Source: Calditrichia bacterium
GTDB lineage: Bacteria; Calditrichota; Calditrichia; RBG-13-44-9; J075
Reading direction: 5' to 3'
DNA length: 64,000 bases
Assembly (NCBI GenBank): GCA_050633245.1
Contig: JBOEGD010000027.1
Span: 8,339 to 72,338 of the forward strand
Shown: in pieces, positions 46,757 to 55,839 of the stretch
Layout: each line of letters starts with the position of its first letter
Position numbering within the stretch: position 1 is the first letter of the stretch
Made by a program: the position numbers and the translations under genes
The notes under the pieces: generated by a model
The model's input: the letters and a program-made list of their open reading frames with translations, nothing else
The model's database searches: none
What the model was told of the DNA's origin: nothing

Positions 46757-48006
46757 CAGCTAAATACCTCTACAATATGTTTTAATCCGGCAACAAGTGC
46801 ATCCAGATCTTCGGTGTTGTTATAGACTCCTAACGAGGCCCTCGTTGTCGCCGGCAAACCATAGCGCTGCATTATAGGTTGCGTGCAGTGATGTCCGGTT
46901 CGAACGGCAACGCCTTCCTGATCCAGAAAAGTGCCGATATCGTGCGGATGCACATTATCCAGTACAAAAGACATTACTCCGACCTTCTTTGAAGCCGTGC
47001 CAATCATACGAAAGCCAGGTACTTCCAGCAGACGTTTTGTTCCATAATCCAACAGATGATCTTCCCATTCAGCAATACGATCCATGCCGATCTCAGCAAC
47101 ATAATCCAAAGCTGCCGCGAGTCCGATCGCACCGGCAATATTCGGTGTTCCCGCTTCAAAGCGCGTCGGCAATCCGCTATACGTCGTTTCTTCGAAACTT
47201 ACGGTGCGAATCATATCGCCGCCACCGCGATATGGCTTCATTTGCTCGAGTAATTCTTCTCGACCGTAAAGCACGCCAATACCGGTAGGACCATAAATTT
47301 TATGTCCTGAAAATGCCAGGAAATCACATTTAAGCGCCTGCACATCAATTGGCATGTGAACGACGGCCTGAGCGGCATCCAGCAATACAGGAATACTGCG
47401 TGAATGAGCCTGCCCAATGATCTCTTCAACCGGATTAATGGTTCCAAGTGAATTGGAGGCATAGACCAGGGAAACCAATTTGGTCTTTTCATTTAGTAAT
47501 TCCTGATATAGGGAAAGATCCAGTTCGCCATTGTCATTAATCGGCACAATGCGCAGCACCACTCCCCTCTCTTCAGCCATTAGCTGCCAGGGAACGATAT
47601 TCGCGTGGTGCTCCATCGTGCTGAGAATAACCTCATCACCGGATTTCAGGAAGGTCTTTCCAAAGGAACTTGCGACCAAATTAATGCTGTCTGTTGTTCC
47701 TGAAGTAAAGATAATTTCTTTGTCGGAGGACGCGTTAATAAAGCTGCGAACGCGCTTTCTGGCGGCTTCATATTTTGCCGTTGCGACTTCGCTGAGATAG
47801 TAAACGCCGCGATGAATATTGGCATTTTCTTCCTCGTAATACTGCCGAATCGTATCTATCACCTGATGCGGTTTCTGGCTGGAGGCCGCGCTATCCAAAA
47901 AGGCCAGTTGCTTACCGCGAACAGGCCTCTGCAGGATTGGAAATTGCTGCCTGATTGCAGCAATTTCTTCTTTGGTGAAAATAGATGGTGCTGTTTCAAC
48001 GGACAT
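46756..48006 (-). CDS. sufS: Cysteine desulfurase SufS
   Basis: LDSAASSQKP, EHHAN, SGHK (PLP Lys) and RTGHHC. Confidence 0.95.
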   Translation of the reverse strand: MSVETAPSIFTKEEIAAIRQQFPILQRPVRGKQLAFLDSAASSQKPHQVIDTIRQYYEEENANIHRGVYYLSEVATAKYEAARKRVRSFINASSDKEIIFTSGTTDSINLVASSFGKTFLKSGDEVILSTMEHHANIVPWQLMAEERGVVLRIVPINDNGELDLSLYQELLNEKTKLVSLVYASNSLGTINPVEEIIGQAHSRSIPVLLDAAQAVVHMPIDVQALKCDFLAFSGHKIYGPTGIGVLYGREELLEQMKPYRGGGDMIRTVSFEETTYSGLPTRFEAGTPNIAGAIGLAAALDYVAEIGMDRIAEWEDHLLDYGTKRLLEVPGFRMIGTASKKVGVMSFVLDNVHPHDIGTFLDQEGVAVRTGHHCTQPIMQRYGLPATTRASLGVYNNTEDLDALVAGLKHIVEVFS

Positions 48007-48014
48007 TATATATC

Positions 48015-49337
48015 CTAAAGGTTAGCAAAACGTGCCAAAACTTTTTCGTCGAGACGATTTCGCACGCTTTCAATGCTTACATAATTAAAGACGTCGCTGG
48101 CAAAAGCATACTGAAGCTGTGCACGAGCCACCTCTTCGGGAATACCACGTGAACGAAGATAGAAAACGGCTTCTTCATCCATCTGTCCAACCGTTGCACC
48201 ATGACTGCACTTTACGTCATCGGCGTAGATTTCAAGCTGAGGTTTGGTATCGACACCGGCAGTATCGGTTAACAGCATCGCCTGGTTAGTTTGATAGGCA
48301 TTGGTTTTTTGTGCATCTTTACGAACAAACACCTTGCCATTGAACACACCGCGTGCTTTGCCACCCAGAACGCCTTTATAGAGCTCATTGCTCAGGCAGT
48401 TTGGCATAGCGTGATCAATAGTGGTATGGCTATCCATGTGCTGATTGCCGGTTCCCATGTAGAAGCCAATCAGATGTGCTTCGATGTCGCGTGCGCCCAG
48501 GCGAATGCCCAGGTTATTACGCACCAACCGGCTACCGAGATCGAAGTTCAGCAGTGAGAAGTTGCTGCTCTTTGCCAGTTCGGTCTGGAAATTACAGATA
48601 TGGAACGAATTGGTGTTTTCTTCCTGAATGCGAATATATTCAACATTTCCACCTTCAGCTACCACCGCTTCAGTTACCACATTATTAAAAACCGGTTTAT
48701 CACCAAGCGCATGAAACGTTTCCACAATCTTTATACGGCTGTTCGTTCCGGCAACCACCAAATTGCGCGGGTTATTGAACGTGCCTTCTTCGCGGGCATC
48801 ACTTAAATAAAGCAATTGCAGCGGGTTCTTTATATCGGCATTGTCGTCAACGATAATGACCGTTCCATCCTGTGTAAAAGCGGTGTTTAGCGCAGTAAAC
48901 GCTTCATCATCAAAAGACGCATAGTTAAACAGATGATCTTTCAGTGATGAATCATCATCGTGTAAACTCCTGCTAAGGTTTTTTACGGAAACGCCGTTTC
49001 CAAGGGATTCACAGCGAGAAAGCTCAGCACTATAGTGACCATTTACGAAGACTAAAACGTTTTCGTTAAAGTCATCATATGTAAACTGCGCAACATCCGC
49101 AGCAATCACTTTCCCCTCAACCCCCATCTCAAATTCTTCTTTCAGAAGCGGGGTCACATTAGTGTATTTCCACTCTTCGTGGCGATTTGACGGAAATCCG
49201 AGTGTATTAAAAGCTTCAAGCGCCTTCTTGCGGGTCTGATGCAGTTCACCGGCACGATTACCGTTTAGATTGGCCTCGAAGCCCGGAAAGCGTGAGAGAT
49301 ACCATTCTTTCTTTTCAGATGCTAATTTTGTATTCAT
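48015..49337 (-). CDS. sufD: Fe-S assembly protein SufD
   Basis: EEWKYT and PQLEIYADDVKCSHGATVG...FYLRSRG. Confidence 0.95.
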   Translation of the reverse strand: MNTKLASEKKEWYLSRFPGFEANLNGNRAGELHQTRKKALEAFNTLGFPSNRHEEWKYTNVTPLLKEEFEMGVEGKVIAADVAQFTYDDFNENVLVFVNGHYSAELSRCESLGNGVSVKNLSRSLHDDDSSLKDHLFNYASFDDEAFTALNTAFTQDGTVIIVDDNADIKNPLQLLYLSDAREEGTFNNPRNLVVAGTNSRIKIVETFHALGDKPVFNNVVTEAVVAEGGNVEYIRIQEENTNSFHICNFQTELAKSSNFSLLNFDLGSRLVRNNLGIRLGARDIEAHLIGFYMGTGNQHMDSHTTIDHAMPNCLSNELYKGVLGGKARGVFNGKVFVRKDAQKTNAYQTNQAMLLTDTAGVDTKPQLEIYADDVKCSHGATVGQMDEEAVFYLRSRGIPEEVARAQLQYAFASDVFNYVSIESVRNRLDEKVLARFANL

Positions 49338-49375
49338 AGTCAGTCTTTACCTGTTGCTTTGTGGTTTGAAGCTGC

Positions 49376-50134
49376 TTAAACCGCAGCTCCCTGCTCTTCG
49401 CGAATCCAGTCGTACCCTTCTTTTTCCAGCTTCACTGCGAGTTCTTTACCGCCGGAAGCAACGATTTTACCGTCTAGCAAGACGTGTACAAAATCAGGTT
49501 CGATGTAGTTCAACAGGCGTTGATAGTGAGTAATAACAACGAATGAGCGATCTTTATTACGCAGTTGATTTACGCCATTCGAGACAATTTTCAGCGCGTC
49601 AATATCCAATCCGGAGTCGGTCTCATCCATAATGGCCAATCGCGGCTCGAGCACTGCCATTTGAAAAATCTCGTTGCGCTTTTTCTCTCCACCTGAAAAT
49701 CCTTGATTGACTGCGCGAGTCAGAAACTTCTCATCCATTTCAACCAATTTCATTTTTTCTCGTACCATCTGCAGAAAGTCGATTGCATCAATTGAGTCTT
49801 CATTACGAGCTTTGCGAATTTCATTAACGGCAGTTTTCAAAAACGTCGCATTACTGACACCCGGAATTTCTACCGGATACTGGAATGCAAGAAAAACGCC
49901 GTTTTGAGCACGAGCTTCGGGACCCATTTCGAGCAGATCTTCGCCATCCAGCTCGACGGAACCAGCATCGACTTCATAATCTTCTCGTCCTGCGAGCACA
50001 TTAGCGAGCGTACTTTTACCAGAGCCGTTCGGACCCATTATCGCATGAACTTCACCTGGATTTACGGTCAGGTTAATTCCACGCAGGATTTCCTGATCTT
50101 CTATTGAGGCTTTTAAGTCTTTAATTTTTAACAT
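49376..50134 (-). CDS. sufC: Fe-S assembly ATPase SufC
   Basis: GPNGSGKS, FSGGEKKRNE and DETDSGLD. Confidence 0.96.
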   Translation of the reverse strand: MLKIKDLKASIEDQEILRGINLTVNPGEVHAIMGPNGSGKSTLANVLAGREDYEVDAGSVELDGEDLLEMGPEARAQNGVFLAFQYPVEIPGVSNATFLKTAVNEIRKARNEDSIDAIDFLQMVREKMKLVEMDEKFLTRAVNQGFSGGEKKRNEIFQMAVLEPRLAIMDETDSGLDIDALKIVSNGVNQLRNKDRSFVVITHYQRLLNYIEPDFVHVLLDGKIVASGGKELAVKLEKEGYDWIREEQGAAV

Positions 50135-50151
50135 TTTGAGTTCCAGTATTA

Positions 50152-50299
50152 ATTGATCATTGATTATTGATCATTGACTATTAAAAAAATTATTTTCTAA
50201 TCCAGTTCATCATTGAGATTTTGTCTATACCTGTGTTATACCTTCTTTTTAAGAATGCTAAACACTCGTTAATTGTTCAATAGACAATTTTCAATTGGC
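50152..50299. repeat. Two blocks of 7-bp tandem repeats in the sufB-sufC spacer
   Basis: ATTGATC-ATTGATT-ATTGATC-ATTGACT (50152-50179) and ATTGTTC-AATAGAC-AATTTTC-AATTGGC (50272-50299). Confidence 0.55.
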
Positions 50300-50304
50300 A
50301 TTCG

Positions 50305-51750
50305 CTAGCCCACACTGCCTTCCAGGCTGATAGAAAGCAGTTTTTTAGCTTCTACAGCGAATTCCATTGGTAGTTCTTTGAGTACTTCGTCGGCATAACC
50401 GTTTACGATTAGTCCGATGGCGGTATCAATTTCCATACCGCGTTGCGCACAATAAAAAAGCTGATCTTCACCAATCTTGGAGGTCGTAGCCTCATGCTCA
50501 ACCTTCGCACTCGGATCCTTGATCTCAAGATACGGGAAGGTATGGGCACCACAGCGATCACCTATCAACAGGGAGTCGCACTGAGAAAAGTTTCTCGCGT
50601 TTGTGGCACCCGGATATACTTTTACAAGTCCACGATATGAGTTATCGGAACGCCCGGCAGAAATTCCTTTTGAGATGATTGTGCTCTTCGTGTTTTTTCC
50701 AACATGAATCATCTTCGTGCCAGTGTCGGCCTGCTGCATATTGTTGGTAACAGCGACAGAATAGAATTCGCCGATAGAATGATTTCCCTTTAGTATGACG
50801 CTCGGGTATTTCCAGGTGATTGCAGAACCGGTCTCGACCTGGGTCCAGCTAATCTTTGAGTTATCCCCCATGCAAATACCGCGTTTGGTAACAAAGTTGT
50901 AAATGCCACCCTTACCCTCTTCATCACCGGGATACCAGTTTTGCACGGTCGAATATTTAATTTGAGCATCTTTATGAGCAACAAGCTCAACAACGGCTGC
51001 GTGCAGCTGGTTTTCGTCGCGCATTGGAGCAGTACAGCCTTCCAGATAGCTGACATAAGAGCCTTCTTCGGCAACAATCAGGGTGCGTTCGAACTGCCCG
51101 GTGTTCATCGCATTAATTCGGAAATAAGTGGACAATTCCATAGGACAACGAACGCCTTTGGGAATGTAGCAAAACGAGCCGTCGCTAAAGACAGCCGAAT
51201 TCAGTGCAGCAAAAAAGTTGTCACCTTGCGGAACAACAGATCCCAGATACTTCTTTATCAACTCGGGATGATCTTGCACAGCTTCAGAGAAGGAACAGAA
51301 AATGACACCGTGTTTCTTTAACTCATCCTTAAATGTGGTAGCGACAGACACGCTATCCATTACCGCATCGACGGCCACACCGGTCAGCATTTTCTGCTCT
51401 TGCAAGGAAATGCCTAGTTTTTCAAAGGTCTCAAGCAGCTTGGGGTCCACCTCATCAAGGCTTTTTGGTGCCTCCTTAGTCTTGGGAGCCGCATAATAAT
51501 ACGCGTCTTGATAATCGATCTTCGGGTAATTAACGTTTGGCCATTCCGGCTCTTCCATCGTTAGCCACTTGCGATACGCCTTTAAGCGCCATTCAAGCAT
51601 CCACTCCGGCTCATTCTTTTTGGCCGAAATAAGACGAACGGTATCTTCGTTTAGCCCCTTGGGAGCCAACTCCGTGTCAATATCGGTCGTCCAACCGTGT
51701 TTGTATTCACTTTGTATCTGATCGTCAATAATTTGCTGTTCATTGCTCAT
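50305..51750 (-). CDS. sufB: Fe-S assembly protein SufB
   Basis: [32 protein letters not shown] and HEATTSKI. Start at the ATG at 51750. Confidence 0.96.
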   Translation of the reverse strand: MSNEQQIIDDQIQSEYKHGWTTDIDTELAPKGLNEDTVRLISAKKNEPEWMLEWRLKAYRKWLTMEEPEWPNVNYPKIDYQDAYYYAAPKTKEAPKSLDEVDPKLLETFEKLGISLQEQKMLTGVAVDAVMDSVSVATTFKDELKKHGVIFCSFSEAVQDHPELIKKYLGSVVPQGDNFFAALNSAVFSDGSFCYIPKGVRCPMELSTYFRINAMNTGQFERTLIVAEEGSYVSYLEGCTAPMRDENQLHAAVVELVAHKDAQIKYSTVQNWYPGDEEGKGGIYNFVTKRGICMGDNSKISWTQVETGSAITWKYPSVILKGNHSIGEFYSVAVTNNMQQADTGTKMIHVGKNTKSTIISKGISAGRSDNSYRGLVKVYPGATNARNFSQCDSLLIGDRCGAHTFPYLEIKDPSAKVEHEATTSKIGEDQLFYCAQRGMEIDTAIGLIVNGYADEVLKELPMEFAVEAKKLLSISLEGSVG

Positions 51751-51795
51751 TGCATCATCCAAGTTTAAATCTTTAGACTAAGTTGTGGTTTCGAT

Positions 51796-52086
51796 TTACG
51801 GTTCCAGATCAAATCTCTTATAGTTCAGTGCAATAAACTCTTCCCATTTGTCCGGCACATCTTCTTCAGGAAAAATCGCCTCAACCGGACACTCCGGCTC
51901 ACATGCACCACAATCGATACATTCTTCCGGATGGATGTAGAGCTGCTCGTTAATAGAGATCATTTTTTCCTTGTCCTCTTCGGTTAGGGACATATCTTTT
52001 GCCGGATAGATACAGTCTACCGGGCATACGTCGACACAAGCAGTGTCACAGGTTCCAACACAGGGTTCAGTTATAATGTAAGTCAT
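51796..52086 (-). CDS. Dicluster (7Fe-type) ferredoxin
   Basis: MTYIITEPC...CVDVCPVDC and [12 protein letters not shown]; GGAGG RBS before the ATG at 52086. Confidence 0.9.
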   Translation of the reverse strand: MTYIITEPCVGTCDTACVDVCPVDCIYPAKDMSLTEEDKEKMISINEQLYIHPEECIDCGACEPECPVEAIFPEEDVPDKWEEFIALNYKRFDLEP

Positions 52087-52129
52087 GCATACCTCCAAAT
52101 ATATATTGTCAAAAATTACAAGCGTCTAT

Positions 52130-52603
52130 TTACGTATTCAGCGTGATACTAGCAACATTTTTCTTAAGAACATCCTCATTGAGCGGGAAGTTATTGTTAA
52201 GCAAATGATCCAAAGAAATCATGTCAAAAAACAACTGTAATTGAGATTGAATCTTTTCCATTGGCTGGCGAATGTTACAATTATAGAGTTGATCGCAGGT
52301 ACAGGCTTTAGAGCTATCGGAAATACATCCTACCAGTTCGATTGGCCCTTCAATCGTTCGCACAATATCTGTCAGCTTAATCGTCTCCGGACCCTTCTGT
52401 AAATAATAGCCACCTTTTGCACCTTGCACAGAAAGAACGATTTCAGCTTTTGCCAGTTTCTGTAGCACCTTGCCCACTACTTCCTGAGGCATGTTGAACT
52501 TCAGGGAAAGTTCTTTAGCGGTGGTTAATTCACCTACGTTTCGCTTCGCCATGTACATCATGGCGATTAAAGAATATTCAACTTTTCTGCTAAAGCGTAT
52601 CAT
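52130..52603 (-). CDS. Rrf2-family (IscR-like) Fe-S regulator
   Basis: SVQGAKGGYYL wing; Cys cluster GCISDSSKACTCDQLYNC; first gene of the suf operon. Confidence 0.9.
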   Translation of the reverse strand: MIRFSRKVEYSLIAMMYMAKRNVGELTTAKELSLKFNMPQEVVGKVLQKLAKAEIVLSVQGAKGGYYLQKGPETIKLTDIVRTIEGPIELVGCISDSSKACTCDQLYNCNIRQPMEKIQSQLQLFFDMISLDHLLNNNFPLNEDVLKKNVASITLNT

Positions 52604-52613
52604 CTCGTTGGCT

Positions 52614-52690
52614 ATACCCGACTAAATTTGTCTTGTTTAAGGTCAAAAAAAATGCGTCGCTTGTCAAATAGGACTAAAATTGTCTTATTT
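52614..52690. promoter_or_regulatory. Two IscR type-1-like Rrf2 boxes
   Basis: ATACCCGACTAAATTTGTCTTGTTT (52614-52638) and AAATAGGACTAAAATTGTCTTATTT (52666-52690), both with a GAC-N7-GTC core. Confidence 0.75.
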
Positions 52691-52797
52691 GCGACTAAAT
52701 ATATATTTTCCCTCGATTGCTGTCAATAGTTATTTTAGGTTTTAGCAAACTAAAGCGCTCAAAGCGCTCAACAACATCCCCTTCACATTTATCACTC

Positions 52798-52826
52798 TTG
52801 ATTTCCAAAGAGCCACCGCGTATATT
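52798..52826 (+). promoter_or_regulatory. Putative sigma70 promoter
   Basis: TTGATT-N17-TATATT, 28 nt before the ATG at 52855. Confidence 0.5.
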
Positions 52827-52854
52827 TTTGCGCACTGTAACAAAGAGAACGATC

Positions 52855-54873
52855 ATGTCACCACAGCAAACCACTCCATATAACTCCGGATTTCTTAATT
52901 TCTTAAGTCGGCATCGCTGGCTGGCGCGCATTTTTTTACTTTTACTTCCAGTTGGGTTTTTTGTACTCCTGGAAGGTGGGCTGCGAATAGTTGACTATGG
53001 ACAGACAAGCGAGCCATTTATCCCCTTTCAGTCAGCGGAAGGCTATCTTGGCATAAATCAGGAGCTGGGCCGGCGCTTCTTTCCAACCGTTGGCGTTGCT
53101 CCGGCAAGTTCCAAGACCGATGCGATCCTTGAGAAAAAGCCGGACGAGAGCTTTCGTATTTTCGCCCTTGGCGGTTCAACGATGGCCGGCTATCCCTATT
53201 TGTTCAATGCCTCCTTCCCCTCTTTGATGCGCGGTATGCTTCAGGAAGCCTACCCTGACAAACTGATTGAGGTAGCAAATCTCGGTATGTCCGCCGTACC
53301 GAGCTACGCCGTAAGAGACATCGCGCAGGACCTTGAAAAATATGAACCAGATATGCTGGTTGTTTACAGTGGTCACAATGAGTTTTACGGGGCACTGGGT
53401 GTCGCATCTGCAGAGTCGCTTGGTCGCCGGCGCTCGACGGTTTTGTCTTATCTCTATCTCTATCGGTTTAAAACCGTGCAACTGCTCAGTAATCTTATTC
53501 GCAGCGGTCGCAGCGCACTGCGATCGGCAATTGCTCCGGAAAACGTATCCGGCACCCTAATGGAGCGCATGGCAGGTGATCGCTATATATCGTATAACAG
53601 TGAGATCTTTCAAAAAGCAGCGGAAAATTTTCGAGCGAATCTGCAGGATGTTGCTGACGTGGCCAGAGCACAGGACATTCCTCTGCTCATTGGTACTCTG
53701 GTAAGCAATATTCGCGACCAGCGTCCATTTGTAGACGTATTTGCCGATGAGTTGTCGCGAGCAGACTGGCAGCAAACATACAACCGGGCACTGGCATTCT
53801 TTCAGCAGAAAAACTGGAATGCCTGTTTAAGCGAGCTAAATAACTGTATCGAGATCGATTCTCTTCCAGCTTCACAATATTACATCCGTGGAGAAGTGTA
53901 TGAGCAGCTTGAAAAATATGCCATGGCAAAAGTTGACTTTTATAAGGCAAAAGAGTTTGATGGACTGAGGTTTCGCGCAGCGGAGCATTTGAATGATATT
54001 ATATGGGAATTTGACGCGCTTCCTCACGTTACCGTAATTGATGTGAAACGATCTTTTGAATTGGCTTCGTCCAATGAAATCCCCGGCAAGACGCTATTAC
54101 TAGAACATCTCCACCCAAATGTTGAGGGTTATGAAATAATGGCGCGCAGCTATACCGCGACAATTTTAGCTAAAGCCTGGCTGACAAAACCTCATATATC
54201 AGAGGCCGACTCTCTTTTACAGACCTTGCCGGTGACAGAAGCAGATCGAGAAGCCGGGAAAATTCGTATTGACTACCTGATGCAGGGGTGGCCATTTACC
54301 GATCGTTCAGCCCCACCTGTTGAAAGCTATCGTATTGCCAATCCTTCAAAAATTCAACAGCTTGCTCTGCAGTATTGGCGCGAGGAAATAAGTTGGGAAG
54401 AGCTGCATGTGCAGGCGGCCGAGTATTATCAGAAGAAAGGCAAAAAAGAGTTGGCAGCAAAAGAGTATCTCGCTCTTAAACACGCACTTGGAATGAACAC
54501 CTCTATCTACCCTTTGCTGGCCAAACAGTATCGCTCGATGGGAGCGCTTGAAGAAGCATTGAAGGTAGTAAGAGAACAGTTAAAACACGAGACAAGCGCA
54601 GAGGCCTGCACTCAGATGGGCGCATTGTTGCTTCAGCTGGAGCGACCAAATGAAGCACTGGTTTACCTGGAAAAAGCTGCAGACCTGAAATCACCGTCAT
54701 TAAATTTGCGATTCCTCTTAGCGAAGACGTATGCTGCTACGGACAGAAAAGACAAGGCGCGCGTATTTGCCTCGCGGTTGGGTTGGAAGCAAAGCGATAT
54801 CGAAGCTCTGCTGAATCCCACTGAGCCGGCGGCAATCGATAGCAGTGATACTGCGAAGAAAGAGGCGGATTAG
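52855..54873 (+). CDS. Membrane-anchored SGNH/GDSL-TPR protein (paralog of 19703-21751)
   Basis: GGSTMAGYPY, NLGMSA, GHNEFYG and EHLHPN; start reassigned to the ATG at 52855. Confidence 0.8.
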   Translation: MSPQQTTPYNSGFLNFLSRHRWLARIFLLLLPVGFFVLLEGGLRIVDYGQTSEPFIPFQSAEGYLGINQELGRRFFPTVGVAPASSKTDAILEKKPDESFRIFALGGSTMAGYPYLFNASFPSLMRGMLQEAYPDKLIEVANLGMSAVPSYAVRDIAQDLEKYEPDMLVVYSGHNEFYGALGVASAESLGRRRSTVLSYLYLYRFKTVQLLSNLIRSGRSALRSAIAPENVSGTLMERMAGDRYISYNSEIFQKAAENFRANLQDVADVARAQDIPLLIGTLVSNIRDQRPFVDVFADELSRADWQQTYNRALAFFQQKNWNACLSELNNCIEIDSLPASQYYIRGEVYEQLEKYAMAKVDFYKAKEFDGLRFRAAEHLNDIIWEFDALPHVTVIDVKRSFELASSNEIPGKTLLLEHLHPNVEGYEIMARSYTATILAKAWLTKPHISEADSLLQTLPVTEADREAGKIRIDYLMQGWPFTDRSAPPVESYRIANPSKIQQLALQYWREEISWEELHVQAAEYYQKKGKKELAAKEYLALKHALGMNTSIYPLLAKQYRSMGALEEALKVVREQLKHETSAEACTQMGALLLQLERPNEALVYLEKAADLKSPSLNLRFLLAKTYAATDRKDKARVFASRLGWKQSDIEALLNPTEPAAIDSSDTAKKEAD

Positions 54874-54874
54874 A

Positions 54875-55768
54875 ATGGATCGAATTCTAAAGTTAATCTT
54901 CCTGAGCATTGTTTGGGGAACAACCTGGGTCGCCATCAAATACTCACTTCACGGGTTTCCGCCATTTTTGGGCGCTTCTCTTCGCTTCACTGTTGCAATG
55001 TTAGTTCTGGTTGGCTATGCCTGGGTTAAAGGCATTTCGCTGAAGATACCAGAGGGTTCATTTCGCTACATCTTTATTTGCGCTACGCTACTCTATCTGC
55101 TGGACTATGGTGTTATTTATTGGGGTGAACAATATTTATATGCCGGGGTTACCGCTATCTTTTTTGCTACATTCCCGATATTTACCGGCTTGCTTTCTGC
55201 CTTCGTCTTCAAAACAGAGCCACTTCGCATAAACACGATCCTTGGTCTTTTAGTCGCTTTTGTTGGTATCGCCATTATTTTTTACGATCAGTTTTTGCTG
55301 ACAGACTTTAGCGGGCTAACGCTGATCGCTTCAATCGGCATAATTGTTAGCGCCCTTAGTGCAGCACTCTCCGTATTAATTGTAAAAAAACACTTATCGC
55401 ATGTAGAAATTATTCCACTCACCCTGCATCAAATGTTTTGGGGAACGCTTACGCTGATAGTCGGTGGATTCTTGCGAGGCGAAACGCTTTCTCTGCAGCT
55501 GGACACGGCAGCAATTATTGCGGTGCTTTATATGGGTATCATTGCCTCAGCACTGGCCTTCGTGCTTTATTATTCGCTATTGAAGCAAATGAGTCCGACA
55601 TCGCTTTCATTAATTATTTATGTAACGCCTCTGGTGGGTATTCTTTCCGGTTGGATGTTCCTCGATGAAAAGATCACGTCTCAAATTATTATTGGCAGTG
55701 CGTTGATTCTCTTTGGTATAGCAGTATCCCAGTACCACGACCTGCGTAAATCGGCCCTGGCAAAATAA
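54875..55768 (+). CDS. EamA/DMT-family transporter
   Basis: IVWGTTW and PPFLGASLRF; ten TM segments in two repeats. Confidence 0.9.
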   Translation: MDRILKLIFLSIVWGTTWVAIKYSLHGFPPFLGASLRFTVAMLVLVGYAWVKGISLKIPEGSFRYIFICATLLYLLDYGVIYWGEQYLYAGVTAIFFATFPIFTGLLSAFVFKTEPLRINTILGLLVAFVGIAIIFYDQFLLTDFSGLTLIASIGIIVSALSAALSVLIVKKHLSHVEIIPLTLHQMFWGTLTLIVGGFLRGETLSLQLDTAAIIAVLYMGIIASALAFVLYYSLLKQMSPTSLSLIIYVTPLVGILSGWMFLDEKITSQIIIGSALILFGIAVSQYHDLRKSALAK

Positions 55769-55805
55769 AAAAACGGCCGAGAGACCCCTCTCCCGACCGC
55801 TTTTT
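55769..55805. terminator. Bidirectional terminator-like hairpin between convergent genes
   Basis: A-run, imperfect stem CGGCCGAGAG/CTCTCCCGACCG, then a T-run. Confidence 0.5.
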
Positions 55806-55839
55806 CTACGTTCAACACCGAAGTGTTGTTTTATTTCGT

